From the NCBI GenBank assembly GCA_965214705.1, contig CBDCCI010000002.1, positions 2,816,001-2,880,000 of the forward strand: a stretch of 64,000 nt of DNA. The letters run 5' to 3'. The translations under genes were made by a program, and so were the position numbers. The stretch's first letter is position 1; the number at the start of each line of letters is the position of its first letter. The notes beneath the pieces were generated by a model that was not told the origin of the DNA, searched no databases, and saw only the letters and a program-made list of their open reading frames with translations. The DNA is from Alphaproteobacteria bacterium (GTDB lineage: Bacteria > Pseudomonadota > Alphaproteobacteria > UBA828). Shown one piece after another: positions 61,367-64,000 of this stretch.

Positions 61367-62215
61367 ATGGTTGCGCAGCTCGTCGACCGGATGGTGAGCA
61401 TCGGAGACGGCATCGACCTGCACTATGTCGAGGCCGGCGAGGGCAGGCCGCTCATTATCATCCCCTCGTGGTCGCTGACCGGCGCGGCCTACCGGCACCA
61501 GCTCCAGGCGCTCTCGGGGGCGCGGCGCGTGATGGCCTTCGACATGCGCGGCCACGGCGATTCGACCACACCGCCGGGCGGCTACCGCGTGAGTCGGCTC
61601 GCGGCCGACCTGCGTGCCGTGATCGAGCGATTGGAGCTCGACGAAGTCGACCTCATGGGCCACTCCATCGGCTCGTCGATCATCTGGAGCTACATCGACC
61701 TGTTCGGCGAAGACCGCCTGGGCCGCCTCGTCTTCGTGGACCAGGCGCCGTCGGTGACCGCGAAGGCCGACTGGACGGCCGAGGACCGCATCACCTACGG
61801 CTGCCTCTTGCCGGACCTCAACGCGCTGGCGGAGTTTTACCTTCAGGTGCTGGCGGCGGAGACCCCCGAGGCCACCGTGCCGGTGATCGCGCGCTTGTTT
61901 TCACCGTCGCTACATGCGGCGGAGCTGCTCTGGTTTGCCCGCGAGATCTGCAAGCTGCCGCGCCGGCACGCGGCCGACCTGCTCCACGACCACTGCGGGC
62001 TCGACTGGCGCGACGTGATCCAGCGCGTGCGGCGGCCGACGCTGGTGGTGGGCGCCGAGGCCAGCATCTTCTCGGCGGAATCGCAGCGCTGGATCGCGGC
62101 GCAAATCCCCGGCGCCGAGGTCGAAATCTTCAAGGCCGACGAGGGCGGCTCGCACTTCATGTGCTACGAGAACCCGACCAAGTTCAACGCGCTGGTGGAG
62201 GCCTTCCTCGCCTGA
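61367..62215 (+). CDS. Alpha/beta hydrolase
   Basis: DMRGHGDS, GHSIG nucleophile, GSHF. Confidence 0.9.
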   Translation: MVAQLVDRMVSIGDGIDLHYVEAGEGRPLIIIPSWSLTGAAYRHQLQALSGARRVMAFDMRGHGDSTTPPGGYRVSRLAADLRAVIERLELDEVDLMGHSIGSSIIWSYIDLFGEDRLGRLVFVDQAPSVTAKADWTAEDRITYGCLLPDLNALAEFYLQVLAAETPEATVPVIARLFSPSLHAAELLWFAREICKLPRRHAADLLHDHCGLDWRDVIQRVRRPTLVVGAEASIFSAESQRWIAAQIPGAEVEIFKADEGGSHFMCYENPTKFNALVEAFLA

Positions 62216-62296
62216 TTGCGGGCGGACAGAGCCTGAAAATTCTGGTTTCACACGTTATATCACGCTATTATATGTGAAGGATTGCGAGGTTTGGCC

Positions 62297-62647
62297 ATGC
62301 AGTTCCAGGATTTCGTCGCGGATCAGGTATTCTCGCCGGCTCTGATTGCGGACGAGCTGCGCACCACCAAGGCCGAGATCGCCGGCACCTTGGGCCTCGG
62401 CAAGGACGCGTTCACCCGCACGTCGCGCGTCCGGGCACGCAAGACCCAGGTTCGTCTCCGCCAGATGCTGGAGATTCTCAACCGCGTCGAGGCCGCGACC
62501 GGCTCCCCGATCGCGGCCTATGCCTGGTTCCGCGCCGAGCCGCTGCCGGGCTTCGGCGGCGTCACGCCGGACCAGTTGGTGCGTGACGGCAAGGCCGAAC
62601 ACGTGCACGCGTATCTCGACCGGATCGCGGCAGGCGGTTACGCCTGA
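62297..62647 (+). CDS. Xre/MbcA/ParS-type antitoxin
   Basis: AWFRAEPLPGFGGVTPDQLV..G..GGYA; upstream of RES gene. Confidence 0.85.
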   Translation: MQFQDFVADQVFSPALIADELRTTKAEIAGTLGLGKDAFTRTSRVRARKTQVRLRQMLEILNRVEAATGSPIAAYAWFRAEPLPGFGGVTPDQLVRDGKAEHVHAYLDRIAAGGYA

Positions 62648-62662
62648 GCCCAAACCGTTCCG

Positions 62663-63175
62663 ATGCGGTTCCGAGGGCCGGTCTACCGGGCGCACAATCC
62701 GCAATGGTCGTGGACGCCGCTCTCCGGCGACGGCGCGCGTCGCCACGGCGGGCGCTTCAACCGGCGCAGCGTGCCGGCGCTCTATACATCGCTCGATCCC
62801 CTCACCGCGATACGCGAAGCGCAACCCCTGGGCCGTCCGATGCAGCCGCTCACCCTTTGCGCCTACGAGGTCGATGCCGAGCCCATCTTCGATGCGCTGG
62901 ACGGCGAGCGACGCCGCAACCAGGGCGTGGGCGATGACGATTTGGTCTGCCCAAGCTGGGAAGCGGACATGCTGGCCGGCACCGTCCCCGCATCGCAGGC
63001 CCTCGCGGATCGTCTGATCGCTGCAGGCTATGTCGGTATGCGGGTCCGAAGCTTTGCCATTGGCGCCGGTGCCGACGACATCAATCTCGTGATGTGGCAA
63101 TGGGGCGCCGACCCGCCCGCTCGCGTGGTCCTGATCGACGACGAGGACCGGCTCTCCGGCAGAGAGGAGCGTTGA
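62663..63175 (+). CDS. RES-domain toxin
   Basis: VYRAH..SGDGA..GGRFN..ALYTS..E..SQALA..RSFA..NLV. Confidence 0.88.
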   Translation: MRFRGPVYRAHNPQWSWTPLSGDGARRHGGRFNRRSVPALYTSLDPLTAIREAQPLGRPMQPLTLCAYEVDAEPIFDALDGERRRNQGVGDDDLVCPSWEADMLAGTVPASQALADRLIAAGYVGMRVRSFAIGAGADDINLVMWQWGADPPARVVLIDDEDRLSGREER

Positions 63176-63330
63176 TCGGGCGTCGGCCCCTCGCGGCGCG
63201 CGGTCCAACCGTGACTTGCCGGGGCGAGCCGGTATATTGCGGCGCGAGCCGCCGCCCATCAGCGGCTAGCGGTCGGCGATGACGTCCTGACCTTCCGCCG
63301 GGGCGGGCAGCACCAGCAAGGGAGACATTG

Positions 63331-64000
63331 ATGCAACTGAGCAGGGACGAACTGCTGAGCGCGTATCGCACGATGGCGACGGCCCGGCACTTCGAGGAAA
63401 GCGTTTTTCAGAACTTCTCGGACGGCAAGATTCCGGGCTTCGTTCACCTCTCCGCCGGACAGGAGGCAACGGCGGCTGGCGTCTACATGGCGCTGGACGA
63501 GCGGGACTGGATCGCGACCACCCATCGCGCGCACGGCCAGTGCATCGCCCGCGGCCTCGATCTGCAGGAGACCATGGACGAAATCTATGGCGCGACCACC
63601 GGCGTCTGCGGCGGCAAGGGCGGCTCGATGCACATTGCGGACCTCGACAAGGGGATGCTGGGCGCGAACGGGATCATCGGCGCGACCGGTCCTCTGGCGG
63701 TGGGCGCCGGCCTCTCGGCCAGAGCGAAGGGCGAGAATGGCGTCGCCGTGGCCTTCTACGGCGACGGCGGTTCCAACCAGGGCTTGATCTTCGAAGCCTA
63801 TAACCTGGCGAACATCTGGAAGCTGCCCGTGATCTTCATTTGCGAAGACAACGGCTATGCCGAGGCGACCCCCTCATCCTATTCGGTCGCGGGCTCGCAG
63901 GTAGCCCGCGCGAACGGCTTCGGCATGCCGGCCGTCGAGGTCGACGGATTCGACTTCTTCGCGGTCTTCGACGCGATGAGAGAGGCGGTCGAACGCGCCC
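63331..64000 (+). CDS. acoA: TPP-dependent dehydrogenase E1 alpha, acetoin dehydrogenase type (3' end outside window)
   Basis: Manual translation MQLSRDELL..IPGFVHLSAGQEA..THRAHG..GKGGSMH..YGDGGSNQG..EDNGYAE. Confidence 0.85.
   Translation, partial: MQLSRDELLSAYRTMATARHFEESVFQNFSDGKIPGFVHLSAGQEATAAGVYMALDERDWIATTHRAHGQCIARGLDLQETMDEIYGATTGVCGGKGGSMHIADLDKGMLGANGIIGATGPLAVGAGLSARAKGENGVAVAFYGDGGSNQGLIFEAYNLANIWKLPVIFICEDNGYAEATPSSYSVAGSQVARANGFGMPAVEVDGFDFFAVFDAMREAVERA

Overview
High-GC alphaproteobacterial chromosome segment (Rhodospirillales-like gene order: pcm-rhodanese-tolC, priA/fsa-xerC); hpsN-hpsO-like DHPS catabolism suggests a marine host (inference). The left end carries a Mu-like phage head module (protease/scaffold, decoration protein, major capsid) with no portal, terminase or gpF/gpG upstream. 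Next to it is a fully bounded IS66 that carries a DNA adenine methyltransferase, and the nearby SDR gene appears to have a foreign 3' end, a possible integration junction. The middle holds housekeeping and catabolic genes, two hydantoinase/oxoprolinase pairs, a five-gene pyr cluster, an ABC operon broken by IS1634, tRNA-Leu(TAA) with an adjacent islet, and two toxin-antitoxin loci. The most striking non-standard structures are: a GIY-YIG nuclease framed by CGTC-type REP palindromes (REPtron-like, one REP hit by IS4); an alpha-hydroxy-acid oxidase fused to a DUF1674/SdhAF4-like tail; an atypical 217-aa partner of a PIN toxin with a perfect operator; a dispersed structured repeat family; a degenerate ABC pseudo-ATPase; and a frameshifted HEPN-like gene. 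All calls come from reading the sequence; no searches were run.
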